A stretch of DNA of 64,000 nt from Geosiphon pyriformis uo1 (taxonomy: Eukaryota; Fungi; Glomeromycota): contig JAAOMT010000657.1 of NCBI GenBank assembly GCA_016748015.1, positions 372,001-436,000 on the forward strand, given 5' to 3'. The notes beneath the pieces were generated by a model. The model did not search any database and was not told the DNA's origin. It saw only the letters and a list, made by a program, of their open reading frames with translations. This document shows, piece after piece, positions 50,495-64,000 of the stretch. A program made the translations under genes and the position numbers. The first letter of the stretch is position 1, and each line of letters starts with the position of its first letter.

Positions 50495-51546
50495 TGCTAT
50501 GGTCGCAAAAAAAAATAAATCATATCTAATAATACCTCTTACTATTATTCTCTCTCCAAACTATGAAATTATCAAGTATCATCCTTGCTTATTTGTTTAT
50601 TTTATTTTTTTCGATCTACTAATGCATAAAGACTTTAAAGCACCCAAGTGTTTTGAGAAACTTTTTTGCTTATTTAAAATTAGATAAGAAATCAATGATT
50701 CATCACAAAATGATTGACAACACCCATCTTTTTTTGGCAAGTATTTCCTGTTACATGCATGTTACATATATTTTCTAGGAAAAGCTAAAAAGTAGATTTA
50801 ACATTCTCACCAAAAAAAAGAAAAAGAAAAAAAGAACCCTTAGAATCACATTGATTATTTTTTTTTCCACCTTTTCTTTTGCCTATTGTATTCCCCAAAA
50901 AATACCCATGAGTTAAGAATTTCATTCAAGGTTACGATGTTCAATAAAACTTGCTATTTATTGATTCTCTTTCTGCATATAATTTGTAATTTTTTTCTTG
51001 AATAAAAATCGAACCTTTTTGATACCATCTCGTCCTCTTTTTTCTTTTTTTTCTTTTTTTTTTTTTCTAATTCTAAATGGCTTTTTTTTTCTTCCTATTC
51101 GAAAAATAATTTTCAAATGTTAAAAGATAAAACAATTGAAATTATCGTTTCAAAATTTTTTTAAATTTTTTACCTTTTGCTCCAAAAAAAAAAATAAAAA
51201 AAAATAAAAAAAAAATTACTACGTTTCAAAAACTTTTGTTTTTGGTTTTGAGTGAGGAAACAAATGTGAAACAATTTCAAAAAAAAATAATTGATCATTC
51301 TATCAATTATGGATTTTAATCTCATCTTCAGTAATAATCACTTTCCCTATCTTCGTCATTAAACTTTTTTCTTTGGTGTACTTACTTGCTCCTGTATATG
51401 CAATTTCTAGAAACTTTGAAACAAAAAAAATTTCCATCTCTTTGATTTATTTACTCAAAACTTTTTTTCAGGATATTTGAAAAATTATCGAGTTACTTAC
51501 ATATTCATGTGACCAATGATAAACCTAAAAGAGATCAACCGAGTTG

Positions 51547-51584
<38 letters not shown>

Positions 51585-51779
51585 GTTGTTGTTGTTGATA
51601 AATAATTTAATTTCTTTATCTCCTTTCTCGAATTTCAAGTCTTTCAACCTAATGAAACAAAATGTTTCTTTATCGATTTTTCATCTTTTAAGCTTATTAT
51701 TTCTTTTTTTATCCATATCAAAATAAAATAAAAATCCCTTTTAAATCACCTGGCCTGACTCATTCATTGACACAAATTC

Positions 51780-51815
<36 letters not shown>

Positions 51816-52427
51816 TTCTTCTTCTTCTTCTTCTTATTCTTCTCTCACATTTTGGAAACTCTTCTCTTTCTATTAATCCTGCATCAACTTTTCATTTTAA
51901 TTCATCGACAAAAAGTTTTTATAAACTTTGTCGCTCACTTTCCGCGTTTTTCCCCCCCTGTTAATAGAATATACATAATAACTGATTTTATTTCACAAGT
52001 CACCCACTTAACCAGTGCCACGAAGACACAAACATCAACATTATCATCGATCGAACAATGTGAATTCTATCAACATCGGTTATTGACTCGGTAAATTGGA
52101 ACTAATTATTATTTTATTTTTTATTTTTTCGTTCAAAGGTTTTTACCTCTTGTTCATTTACGCGTCCTTTTTTTATCTGCTGCAAATAAGTTTTTTTTTT
52201 TTAATTTATCCGTGCTTCAAACCTTTTCTCTCTTATTTTGATGGTTTTTTTTTTTTAGATCTATTCAAAATGGACCTTGAATAATTCCTATTCTTCATTT
52301 TTGTATTTATACCGTAACACCAAGTACGGGAAATGTTTGTATATTTTTTTTTAGAATCCTGTGTGTTTGACGTTTTACACACGACAGCTTTGCACGGTTC
52401 TCAATACTTTTTATATTATCTAATTAT

Positions 52428-52462
<35 letters not shown>

Positions 52463-52799
52463 AATCATCATAATCATCGTAATCATCATCATCTTCATTA
52501 TAATCACAATTTAAATATGATTGATACTCTGTTACTCTGTAATGTATATATATATAAATAATATTATAATATAGATTGATACTTATACATGCCGATTTAG
52601 GTGTTAGCCGTTTTGTTTGGAGATGCAATATATTTGTATCGAGTGTTTTTCAACGTTCTTCCTCTATTTCTTCTCTCTTTCTTGTAAAAAAAAAATTTTT
52701 TTTTTTTTTGCACGCGCCAAACTTGCATCCCAGGTGGGCAAAGAAACCGACAAAATAGAAGAGGTCTAAAACTTTTAACAAAAGACCACCAACCGACCA

Positions 52800-52864
52800 C
52801 CCAACTAACTAACTAACTAACTAACCAACCAACTAACCAACCAACCAACCAACCAACCAACCAA
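52800..52864. repeat. (CTAA/CCAA)n tetranucleotide repeat
   Basis: Direct reading. Confidence 0.9.
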
Positions 52865-53693
52865 ACAAAAGAGAAACCAAAATTTAAAGCTCACGCTTTA
52901 TTTTACGAAACTTTTAATATTTTAAAGAGTGATAGCAAAAGTCATAAAGAACTTTATCAAAATTTAATATCATAAAGTATTTTTAATCGCCAGGCCAAAA
53001 CGATTCATCAAACCGAGCGTTTAGGATAAAAACTTGCGACGTTGAGAAATAATAATAATAATAATAATTATTTAATAACTTTAACTCTGACTATAGGTAA
53101 ATATCTTTTTTATTTTTTTTTTATTTTTTTATTTTTGTTTCCTGGAAGCGAACCTATTATTTCCTTAAAGAATTTTTGTGCAGATGGCCAATTTAGTAAT
53201 TAAAAAACGTTTCATTTTATTTCAAAATTTTCTAAAATATTCCTGAATATTTTTTTGTTTCTGAGCTTTTTCCCATCCTTTTTTATTTTTTATTTTATAT
53301 CTTTCCTTGTCGTCGTCGACGCACTTACCACTTAGCCTGGTGCTGTGCCCGAGGGAGGATGTTAGAAGCGTCGTCATACGAGAATTACCAAGATTTATTT
53401 TCTGATTTAACGACACCAATAGATAATCTATATATACACATAAATTTTGAACTGGCTTAAATTTTTTAATATTTTTTTTTCAATAATTATTATTTTTAAA
53501 TTATCATCACTTGGCCTTTTCACCCTTTCAATCAAAAATAAAATCCCCCTTCTATTCGTTATTCTTTTCCCTTTCATCAATCTGCCATTTTGAAATAAAA
53601 TTTGACCGGCAAAATCTCTAACCACAATCACTTCAATTTCTTGACCGAATATCAAATTTTAGAATATCTTGCAAAAATAGGTTCGCTATTAGA

Positions 53694-53701
<8 letters not shown>

Positions 53702-53735
<34 letters not shown>

Positions 53736-53832
53736 ACAGACACACATATATACATAAATACATTCATTTATACATTCATACATACATACATACATACATA
53801 CATACATACATACATACATACATACATACATA
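53702..53832. repeat. (CA)n and (TACA)n microsatellites
   Basis: Direct reading. Confidence 0.9.
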
Positions 53833-54049
53833 AATTCTATTATATCATAAAGTTTCTGTATTGATACGCTTTAAAAAAAAACCTTAAAGTCTCTCTACAC
53901 GGCACGTCTACTTTTTTTTTGGTGTACGTAAACACGCCGAATTTAAAATACATCATTTTTGGAGGAACGTAACGCGAAAACGCGAACATTTTTTTTTGGT
54001 AAGGTATTCGTTTATGCGGTTATATTACTACTGTACCAATCATCTTTAT

Positions 54050-54083
<34 letters not shown>

Positions 54084-54225
54084 TTATCACTGAACGTTTG
54101 GAATTTTTCGCTTCTTTAACATTTATCACACTATTTTTTTCAACTCATTTCTAGATATAACGAAAAACTTTCCAAGCAAAACTTAAATATAGTTAAAATT
54201 TTCCTAGAATACATTGACTCTTTTA

Positions 54226-55816
54226 ATGCAGGGACTCCTTATGCCAAGTTTATTTCCTACGTGGACAGGTCCTTCAAGACATATTAATACTACTTCTACA
54301 ACTTTAAACGACCAAGACACTGTCTCACCAGAGCCTGAAGTAGTAGCAGCAGCAGCAGTAGTAGTAGCAGCAGCAACTTTAACTGAAACAAACATAACAA
54401 ATAAGAATAGTGATAATGATTCAAACCCCTTCTCGCTTCAGGTAAAGACTATCGTTCCAATTAATCAAAATATAAATACATACCCACTTTCTCCGGTCAC
54501 AGTAACCGCCACCAACCGTATGACTACAATGATAGACCCATTATGGGGTCAATCTTCAACTACGACAAAATCAAAGACCATAACAACAACAACTACCCAA
54601 GTAGTAACGAGTAATGGAATAATAGCAACCCCAACCACTCCAATGGCTCTCACTGAAACTCTGACAAATCTTTCCACGGCACCAACTTCAACTTCAGAAA
54701 ATGCAAAATCAAATTCTTTAATTTCAAAAGGTGTCCCTCGTTTACTGCTACAACAACATGCGAATCGTGATTCGAAATTAGATTCAATATGTCGTGAAAA
54801 TATTAATGAATCAAAAGCTGCAACTTCAAAAAGAAGCAATGTCATAGAACCTGAATCACATTATTATCATCATCATCATCATCATCATCATCCGAAAAGA
54901 CGTTCATCTTTACTGGAAATTCACCCGCTTTATATGGATAATTTATCAAATGTACTGATGCATAGTGATAATAAGAATAAAAATGTTTCCTCTGAATCGA
55001 GTCCAATTCACTCTGATACTTTAGCAAAAATTGATGAAATGGTCAATACGAACCACCAAAGACAATGTCGTCATTTATCCAATTCAAATCAATTACCCTC
55101 AGAAACTTATCATAGATACAATCAACACCATCACCCTCATGTTCGCCATCATTACTCTTATGATCAATTCAATCAAAATATTTATCAAAATGCTACTCGA
55201 TCAACTACTTTGACGCGCAATGTTGCTGCCGCAATTTCGGTGGAGGATTTATATAACTATGCTGGTGTACTTGAATCAATTAGTAGTATATCAGAGGAAA
55301 AAGTATCGCCGCCATTTGGCGTTAGGGGCGTTCACATTCATCATGAAACTGATGAAGATGAAGAAGAAGATGAAGAAGAAGAGGAAGAGGAGGAAGATAA
55401 TTTCTCTAACTTTAATAGTTGGTCACCACATATGAGTCGTGTTGATTCTGAAGAGGAAGAGTCGGTTGGTGGCAGAGACCAAAAGAAATCCATATTTCAT
55501 CGACTTCGTCATACAACTTCTATTTACGACGAAGATATATTACGAGGTTGTAGTAGTAGCAGCTGCAGCAGTAGTAGTAGAGTGATGGGTAATAATGGTG
55601 CTGAAAACAATGAAAGAAATCGACGTAGTAAAAAATATCCTTTTCGTCGATTATCTCTTCTTGGAAGTATTACTGGTCTAAACAAGGAGCATAAAAATGG
55701 TACGCCCAAGAAAATTTAAAAGAACATCAATCATCTCTTTTCTTTAATTTTCTTTCAAAATGAACATTTGTGCGATTTTTTGTTTTGATTTTCCAAACTG
55801 TAAATTTTTTTTCATC

Positions 55817-55854
<38 letters not shown>

Positions 55855-57599
55855 TATCTTATTTAACAGACGGGGAACAGTACAATTCCGTAGATCGAAA
55901 ATCCTCGGATTCGACTAGAAAAACATCACGAATGCAACGATTTCGTCGCACGTTAACCATGAATCGAAATTCGAAATCTAGGCGTGAAATTGATACTGAA
56001 TGTAAAATCGAAAAGAATGGTGATCCGTGTGAATACCACGCAGCAGAATATCTAGCTGCAGATACAGAAAAATCTAACGAATCACAAAAGCAACAGACAG
56101 CTGAAAGCAGTAAAGAAGAAAATTCACCATCTTCCTCTTCCTCATCCTCAGCAACGGTAGTAGCCGACGTTCAATATCAGTGCACTTGTCGACCACCAAA
56201 ACGTGGATATTCTCAAAATCCAGGCGGTGGACGAAGAAGTAAATTTTTTTCACCGTTTACAGTATTTTCCCAAGCATCAGCATCAGCATCCACTCCTTCA
56301 TTATCTTCTATAACAAATCATAATGATCAAGAAATGTCCAGTAATTCCATGGTTGCTCTAGACGAACCTAATCTATCAGCTTCACCTTTCATCGTGGATG
56401 AGCGTAATATTATCCGAAGGTCTTGGTCCCATATGGAAGTTCGACATCTACGAAACTTGTTTGATTTACGAAAAGTTTATTGGCGAGAAATCAGGAGACG
56501 GAATTCATATGCTTATACGAATTCAACTCAAACTAAAGAACAATTGGCTGCAGAATCTGAAATTCGAGCTTATAATCGTACCTTGAATCGTGAGGATCCT
56601 ACTCATGATTACATATTTGGTGATATCGATGGAGATGATCTTTCTTATGCTAATGATGAAGCTCATCCCCCATTCGATCTATTCGAATTTCAAGCGCAAG
56701 TTGAAAAGGCTACTGATGTTACATCTCGGTCACAGCAAATGCGACGATTTAAAGCATTCGAAATTTATTCCAGTGAATACAGCTACTTGCAACACTTGAA
56801 AACTCTCAAGAAGGTATGTTCACACCAAAAAAGTTTTTACCCGAAAACTCCGCAGTTTGTTAATATATATATATTTTTTAAATCATTTCTGAAAATTTTT
56901 CTAGCTGTTCATGGATCCTTGCTACCAAGCCGCCAAAAAACCGGCCCCAACAATGAATCCAGTTGATGTGCCTATAATGTTTGCCCACATTATTGATCTA
57001 ATAAGACTCTCCAATAAGCTCTTACATAGCCTTGCTAAGGTACAACCATGGCTAGATGCTGATTGTCGAGTTGGCGAAGTGTTCTTGAAATATGGCAAAG
57101 AATTTGAAATATTTCAGCGATACGCAGAGAATCACCAAGCCAGTCGTGCTGCGGTTCAACGTGCAGACCAAAAAGTCTTGTATCGTAAATTTATTCAGGT
57201 TGGTGAAAGCAAAATCAAAATTTCCAATCTTATTTTTGAAATTAAAAATTCTCATGTAAAAAAGGGTTAACCTCTTTGAACGTTTATCAGGAATCACAGC
57301 GAACAAAGGATCGAAATCGGCTTGATCTTTCTGATTATTTGATCATGCCCATTCAGCGTATCACCAGATATAAGCTACTGCTTCAAGGTCCGTATACATT
57401 GATCCTATTTTTCATTTCTCTATTTTTTTACTCGCAAATATTAACCATCATCTAAAAATTCGTTATTCTCCCAGAACTCAAAAATCATACAACAGAATCG
57501 CACCCTGATTACGAAGATCTTACACATGCTTTGGAAAATTTTTCTGCACAACTTTTGGGTTGTAATAGTCTCACGAATTTGCACCCAGGATCACGGTGA
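54226..57599 (+). CDS. Dbl-homology (RhoGEF) protein with long low-complexity N-terminus; exons 54226-55699, 55870-56813, 56905-57198, 57291-57387, 57475-57599
   Basis: DH motifs AFEIYSSEYSYLQHL, LDLSDYLIMPIQRITRYKLLL, HPDYEDL; GT-AG introns keep frame; start codon uncertain. Confidence 0.88.
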
Positions 57600-58348
57600 T
57601 ATGATCTTAACGTCCGTTAATGCAAGGCTTCGACAAGGGTGCCCAATTCGCGTGAAAGCAATCTTTTGCGAACAAAGAACTTTTGATGATAAACACCACC
57701 AAAATTGAAATATATTTTTCATGGATATTTTTATCCCACCGTATAAATCTCTTCATCTTCAAAACTATTACTACTGTAATTATATTTTTATCACTACTAG
57801 TAAAAATCTCGAACACTTTCAAACTCGTTGTCTATATTGATTTTTCCTAGTAAATTCTATCCTTTTGTTCTCTATTGTACCCATCTGTATTTTTGTAGTT
57901 TTTTCTGTTTATTAAAATTCCCTTTGTAAATAATCTTTTTTTTTTTTTTTTTCAAAACGCTGGTCACATACATACACCCATCACATCACAACACAACAAC
58001 AATAATAATAATAACTTTCACTGAAAAAAAAACCCCCACAAACCAATACACACGCAAATTTGAAAAGATGGACTCTAGAAAAATCAAAATGCGCGTATTT
58101 TTGTCTTCAAAAAATATACCAAAGATAGATATACATATAGTTCCCAAATTTATTATCAAATATACAATTACTTTTTCTCACACTAACACTATTCACATCC
58201 ACGCGTTTTGGCTAAAACTTTTTCGATTACATTTATATAACGTAAATACCTTTTTTTTTTATTCCCAATTTCTCGGTACATACAATTCCTACAAGCTTTA
58301 CATTAAAAAAACCCTTTTTTCATAATACTCTACAACTGGCGGGACACC

Positions 58349-58389
<41 letters not shown>

Positions 58390-59029
58390 AAAATATCAAT
58401 TTTATCCACTTTTGTAAAAATATATCTTCTATTTTCATATATAAATACATTTATTAGCAAAAAATGTTGTTACCGTTCCTCATCATTATGTAAATTATCA
58501 CTTTTTTATAATACAATCAAAGAACTTAAAAAAATCTATCACATTTTGGGGAGCTATTTGTCATACCCTTCATTTCTGTATTTTTCCTCCACCGCTTTTC
58601 GATCTCCAAATTGTTCTTTGTATATTTTTTTGGTGTACAACAATAATAAAACATGATCTTTGATCTTTCCAAGCAAACTTTACTAATATCGTCCTTTTTG
58701 AAAATCTTTTTCTCAATGAATAAAAGAGAAGGTCTATATATGAATTTTTTCTTTGAAAATGGGAATCAAGTTTTATCATGATGGTTTCGTATTTTTCATA
58801 AATATGATTCAAATATTTTGAACTTGACAAATTATATGTATATATATATATATTTATAAACTTTTAATGTTGATTCGAGCTTTTGAAAATTCAGAGTCGT
58901 TGATGAAAAGCCATTTATTCAACTTCTAATCTATCTATATCTTAATCTTATGCCTTTTTTTCAGCTTAAAATTTATAATCAGATTCGAAATAACCTATTT
59001 TTTTTTTTTTTTTTTTGAAAATCAATAAT

Positions 59030-60439
59030 TCAAGGCTTCCCGTCTTTATTCAAATTCAGCCATCGATATATCGAACTAAAATCTTTGTTCTCGAATCCGG
59101 GTGTCTTTGACAATTGATTATACAATTGTTGTGCCACAGTTCCCAATAGGATCGTAACTTGTGTATCGCTAGCTGCATTTACGGCAAGCCGCAAATCTTT
59201 AGCCATTAGTGCGTTCCCAAAACCACCTTCATATTCTTTACTCGACGGAACATTTGGCATCACCCCAGGTACCGGATTATAAGTGTCACTGGACCAACAT
59301 CGTCCGGATGATGAGTTGAGGATTCCAGCAAGTAAGCTCGGATCCATTCCCAATTGAATCCCGAGATTCATTGCTTCCGAAGTACCAATCATCGAGATAG
59401 CAAGGAGCATGTTATTACACATTTTGGCAATTTGCCCGGTGCCAATACCACCGCAATGAACAATGTTCTTGCCCATGTAAGAAAGAATTGGCTTAGCACG
59501 AGTAAAATCGTCAACTGATGGCGCACCAACCATGAATGTCAATGTCGCTGCTTCGGCCCCACCAGTTCCTGTTATCAAGAGATACAATAAAATTCAAAAT
59601 CATTTATGAAATATTTAATTATTTAATTTCTTAAAAATCACTCAATAACCAAGATTAAATCAACACACCTCCAGAAACTGGTGCATCAATCGCACGAGCA
59701 CCTTTGGAAATGATAATATCTGCTATAGACTTTGCTACACTTTGATCAATCGTACTAGAGTCGATCAAAAAGCTATTTTCATCGACCGCGTGCACCAACC
59801 CCTCCTCGCCCAAATATACCCTCTCTACATGAGGGGAATCTGGTAGCATTGTGATCACAATCGATGCAGCTTCCGCCACTTCTTTTGGTGACTTGGCGAT
59901 ATCGATCTTGGCTTTTGATATAGCCAATGTTTTGTGGAGATTAATAAATTTCTCAATGGCGGCTTTGTTCACATCATAAAGAATCAACGGTGCCCCGGAT
60001 TTACAATAGATATTATTGGCCATTTTGAAGCCCTACTGACCAGATTTCCTGTTTCAGAATTCATTGTGGATGAAATCAAACTTCAAAATTTTTGTATTAA
60101 CTCGAATTTTACCATCTGTCCAAGACCGATAAAACCAATTGTTTCATTTCGAGAAGTCTAAAAAATCGACAAAGTTCTAAATTACAGGAGAAACATGACA
60201 TCTGATGAAAAGATAAATTGAATACGTCTACCTTTTCTGTACATTAAAATAACGAGAATAGAAATGACCATTCAAAAATCAATTTCCATGTCAAAATTCA
60301 GAGATTAAAGGTTCCCAAATATGTGATTAGATAATAAAATTAATTTATTTAGTTTTATACCTGGAAAAATCGAAAACCACCTCCTCCCAACATTACTGGT
60401 ATTCAAAGTCGGGGAATGGATACGTAAGAGTGCTTGCAT
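59030..60439 (-). CDS. HIBADH: mitochondrial 3-hydroxyisobutyrate dehydrogenase; exons 60439-60361, 60236-60232, 60157-60113, 60032-59669, 59568-59030
   Basis: GFIGLGQMG Rossmann motif, DAPVSGG, AKMCNNM, SSGRCWSS, KDFSSIY; N-terminal Arg/Ser-rich presequence; first two exons less certain. Confidence 0.93.
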
Positions 60440-60956
60440 ATTTATTTTTTGTAAAAGTGTCCAATGTCGATGATTGTGAGAAAATGAATGAAACGTGAGA
60501 AAGGGAAGACTATTCTATTTATAATAAAGTTTCAGTGTGGTGACATTGTTACCTTTTCAAATTGTCATGTGCAAAACATATTAGTTTAATTTAATAATGC
60601 AAAGATTTCATTATGCAGTATCACTACTGGTACTCCTTGTTTTTGGAGCATGGACAGCTGTCGCAACAACGCGACATTTCAACGGAATCGACAAAACTGG
60701 ATGTGAACAATTGTCTGATTAGCTAATGATAAGTGTTAAAAAACCATTCACATTGTTGTAAAATCACACCAAGCAAATAGCCGATGATATTAAGTATTAT
60801 TTGAATCATTAAGGCTTCTAAGTTGCTATCCCTAAGAAAGATAGGTTCTCACAAACGAAGATATTACAGATTTAGGTGTACACATTATATAATATCTAAG
60901 CTGCGCCGATTAGCCTTATATATTCAGATGTAGATACTAATGCTTTTTGCTTCCTA

Positions 60957-63900
60957 TCAACAAACTCCTAACTCTTCACCAGCTTTCTTCAGACAATCAC
61001 GTAAAAGTACCGAAATCATCTCATCAGCGCTAGAAATCGCCTCACACAGAACAGGATACAAATAGAATAGGTGTGCAATTGGACCCGATAATACTTGTTC
61101 TCGAAGAGGATCTAATGGCAAGTAATACATTAATATTAGATTAAAAATTTGTGCAAAAAGTATCTTGCGCAAACAGATGTAGATCAATTAAGCTTACTTG
61201 TCTGAATTTCATCTTCATTAGGATGAAATATGTTGAGTCGAAAACGTAGCTTCACCAGTTGCTGTAAAATCAATAGGATTTCGTCATTTCGGACCCTAAA
61301 TAAGGAAAAGTGTGAAAAAATATCTGAAAGCTTTAAAAGGAATAAATCAAGCTCTCTAATATTGCTAAGCAATTCATCTCGACAAAAGTTAAATTTCTCG
61401 CAGGGCTAAACTTATTAGGAAACTCACCTTGGCAATGGGAATTTTCCCATCAATGGTTGATCAGCCGTATAATTGCGCATTACTGACGCACAACGTTCAA
61501 GCAAGACCGGGGCGGCCACTTCAGCAATCCTTTGTCTCTCTTTGGGGTGGTCTGAATTCATACAAGTTTTTTATAATGAATTTCATTACAAATAAATTCT
61601 CCCTCTCAAATCACCCTTAAATATGAGTGCTTACCAGTATCTGTATCTGAGCAAAAATCAAACAAACACTGTAAGCATACATAGGCGAATCTTTCTCTGG
61701 CAACTGGAACAATTTTTGCTGCAGAGCCTTCAACTTTTGTCAGGATTCGTGGTGTTTGTGTGGAAGCACTATCCTTTATTGTAGGAAGGGGTTTATCCAA
61801 GTTTCCATTCAAATAAGTTTTTCGCCGATTCACATCCATAGTGTAAAGTTGTGACCCTTGTTGTATAGTATCTATTAACTTTCGAATAAGCTCAAGTGGT
61901 ACACGAGGATGTCCCATATGAATCAATACTTCTGATTCAAGTGTGAACAGGAATTTCATGTCAAAAGCTTCGTCGGTATCATGCTGTTCAATCTTCAATG
62001 AAAAAGGAGGTGTGCTAAAGGATAGAAATCGCCTATTAAAAAATGTTATTGAAAAAGTAATTTATATTGATGTATACCTATTCGAGAGTAAAGCACCATG
62101 TAATACATCAACCAATTGTTTCCATACATCAACAAAACATTTTTCTGGAATCACTATAAATTAGAGGAAATTCTTTATTGTAAATATCTAAGCAGAGGGC
62201 TTTTGCATTATCATATTTTCCTACCTTCGCCAAACTTTTCCAATGATAGCAAACCTAGTTTGATCACCTCAATAAAAGCATTCGTAGCAATTTTCCATAA
62301 TTCAATGTCTTCAGAATATTTGCCTAATTGAGGACAATTATATTTTAACTTCATTGGGACACCATAGGCCTATAGATGAAAATAATAATTGCCTTAACAT
62401 AATAATAATAAATTTGATATTCGGGAAATCAGTAAGATTAAGACATACGGCAATTATCTTGGCGAAAACACCCTCCGAGTATATGCCTTGATCTTTCGCA
62501 AATTTCTTAAAAAAATCCACTACAATTCGCATCATGGATTTAGAGAATGCAATGAAGGTGAGGCTTGTAAATTTTTTTGAAGAAATGATTTCGTTTTTGG
62601 GAGGTGGGGCATTAGATTGTTCAATATGGTTTCTATGATTGCCAAGTCGTTTTTCATTCTGAGTTTGGGAAACATCCGTCATTTGAAAATATTGATGCCT
62701 TCTAAAGGCCAAGGTGAGGTAGTCTGCTAACTCGCCCAAAACAGCAGCTGGGGCTCCTACTACATTCATGTCAATCTTAGCCATCATATCTCGAACTGCC
62801 TCCTGCAAAGGAGTCAAATTATCCTGATCAGGCCGATACGAAGGACTTTTCTCATATAAAAGTGTACCATGTACAACTCTGAGCAATCTTTTGATCTCCT
62901 CTATCCCTAAATCTGACCTGATAACTTCATAAAGATCCAAAAAGGCAATAATATATCCAGTAAGTGTATCTTGGGTGAAAATTGAAAGAGTTTCATTTGA
63001 AATTTCCTCATGCAACGGTAGCGGGGTAGGATCAATAAAATATATTTTGCTTGATTTGGTTAATATGCCCAAACCAATTTTCTCCCAAACTAGCCAAGTA
63101 GCTTTCCACAAAGGTAAAAACTGTTTTTGCATTTCTTCCGTATAATCTTCTTTTCTCGAAAACTGAATAACTGTGTGCAAGGCCTTAATTGATGCATTTG
63201 CTACTTCTTGACTTGCATTAAGACATGTATCCTGCAAATGCGATAAAAATAGACCCCAAGCTTGACCAAAATTTTCCAAAGTTATCAGCATAGCAAGGAA
63301 GTTCTTAAAGATCCCCGATACTCCATTCAGCACTAACACCTTGGTCTCGTCCCATTGCTTATCTGCAGTGTTTCTAGAGTGATGGACCATGAATCCTCGT
63401 GATTCTTGTTGCAAATTTAATTTTTCTGCATCTATACCATGTTGTTGCATGGCTTTATAAGCTCTTAAAGAAGCATTTTTTACCGAATCGAGTAATGGGA
63501 ACAAAACATTCCAAATACATGCATGCCATGTGTGAATTCCTAGCACAGCACCATTCATATCAATTGTCCGGAATAAAGTTTGATTCGCACCATTTCGAAC
63601 CTCAGGTCGAGGATCAGAGCAGATTTTAGACAGCTCTAATAACAACAACATCCATAAAGCGTTGGTGGTTCGTAAGGTCAAATCTGATTCTATCATTTCT
63701 TCAACTTCTGCCTCATTGGTAGCATTCTCTTGAATATCTTCTTTAAGCTTGGTCGTACGTTCAATGTTTTTCTCCAATTCGGCGCGTTTCGTTTGAATGA
63801 AATCAGAGACATTCCATAAAAGCCCAATAGCTGTAAGACTTATGTTCAAATCGTCCATTTGCAGACCAAAAGAACCGAGAGTATCAATACATTTTCGTAA

Positions 63901-64000
63901 ACATTCTGGAGATAGTAAGGCCAAAAAATCCGTACATATCAATTGTAAGCAAGGAAATGCCACACGAACTAGTCCCGTCGACTTGGAGTTAGATACACCA
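60957..64000 (-). CDS. MON2: Mon2 (Arf-GEF-like endosome/Golgi trafficking protein), C-terminal part; gene continues beyond the window
   Basis: AFPCLQLICTDFL, DLNISLTAIGLLWN, DPRPEVRNGA.QTLFR, HHSRNTADKQWDET; exons approximately 62449-64000, 62225-62369, 62078-62153, 61635-62014, 61428-61551, 61198-61295, 60957-61111. Confidence 0.92.

Noticed and set aside
52800-52864. Telomere-like repeat
   Set aside because: Tetranucleotide CTAA/CCAA units, internal, not TTAGGG-type

Overview
AT-rich eukaryotic (fungal) genomic DNA; the repeat families and host genes suggest Glomeromycotina, possibly Geosiphon-like (inference from recalled similarity, not a search). Bases 1 to ~46,500 are a nest of C>T/G>A-eroded transposons surrounding one intact host gene, PEX14. 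The nest holds five insertions of one Ty3/Gypsy LTR family (one full-length at 34866-44909, two partial, two solo LTRs; ~0.94-0.98-kb LTRs, TGTTACC...GGTAACA ends, 4-bp TSDs), a relic of a related Gypsy family, several relics of an RNase H-containing LINE family, and a MULE/FAR1 transposase relic. After a microsatellite-rich intergenic stretch come three intron-containing host genes: a DH-only RhoGEF, 3-hydroxyisobutyrate dehydrogenase (model needs a 5-nt micro-exon), and the 3' part of MON2. The most unusual object is the LTR element. It has one frame for Gag-protease-Cys-rich domain-dUTPase-RT-RNase H that stops after RNase H, an integrase in a separate ORF with its own ATG (same layout in two copies, Ginger/GIN-like N-terminus), and an unknown third ORF reading through the PPT into the 3' LTR. 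Its LTRs carry a 20-bp-periodic TTC-N3-GAA array. Most TE ORFs are pseudogenised; no RNA genes or CRISPR arrays were found.
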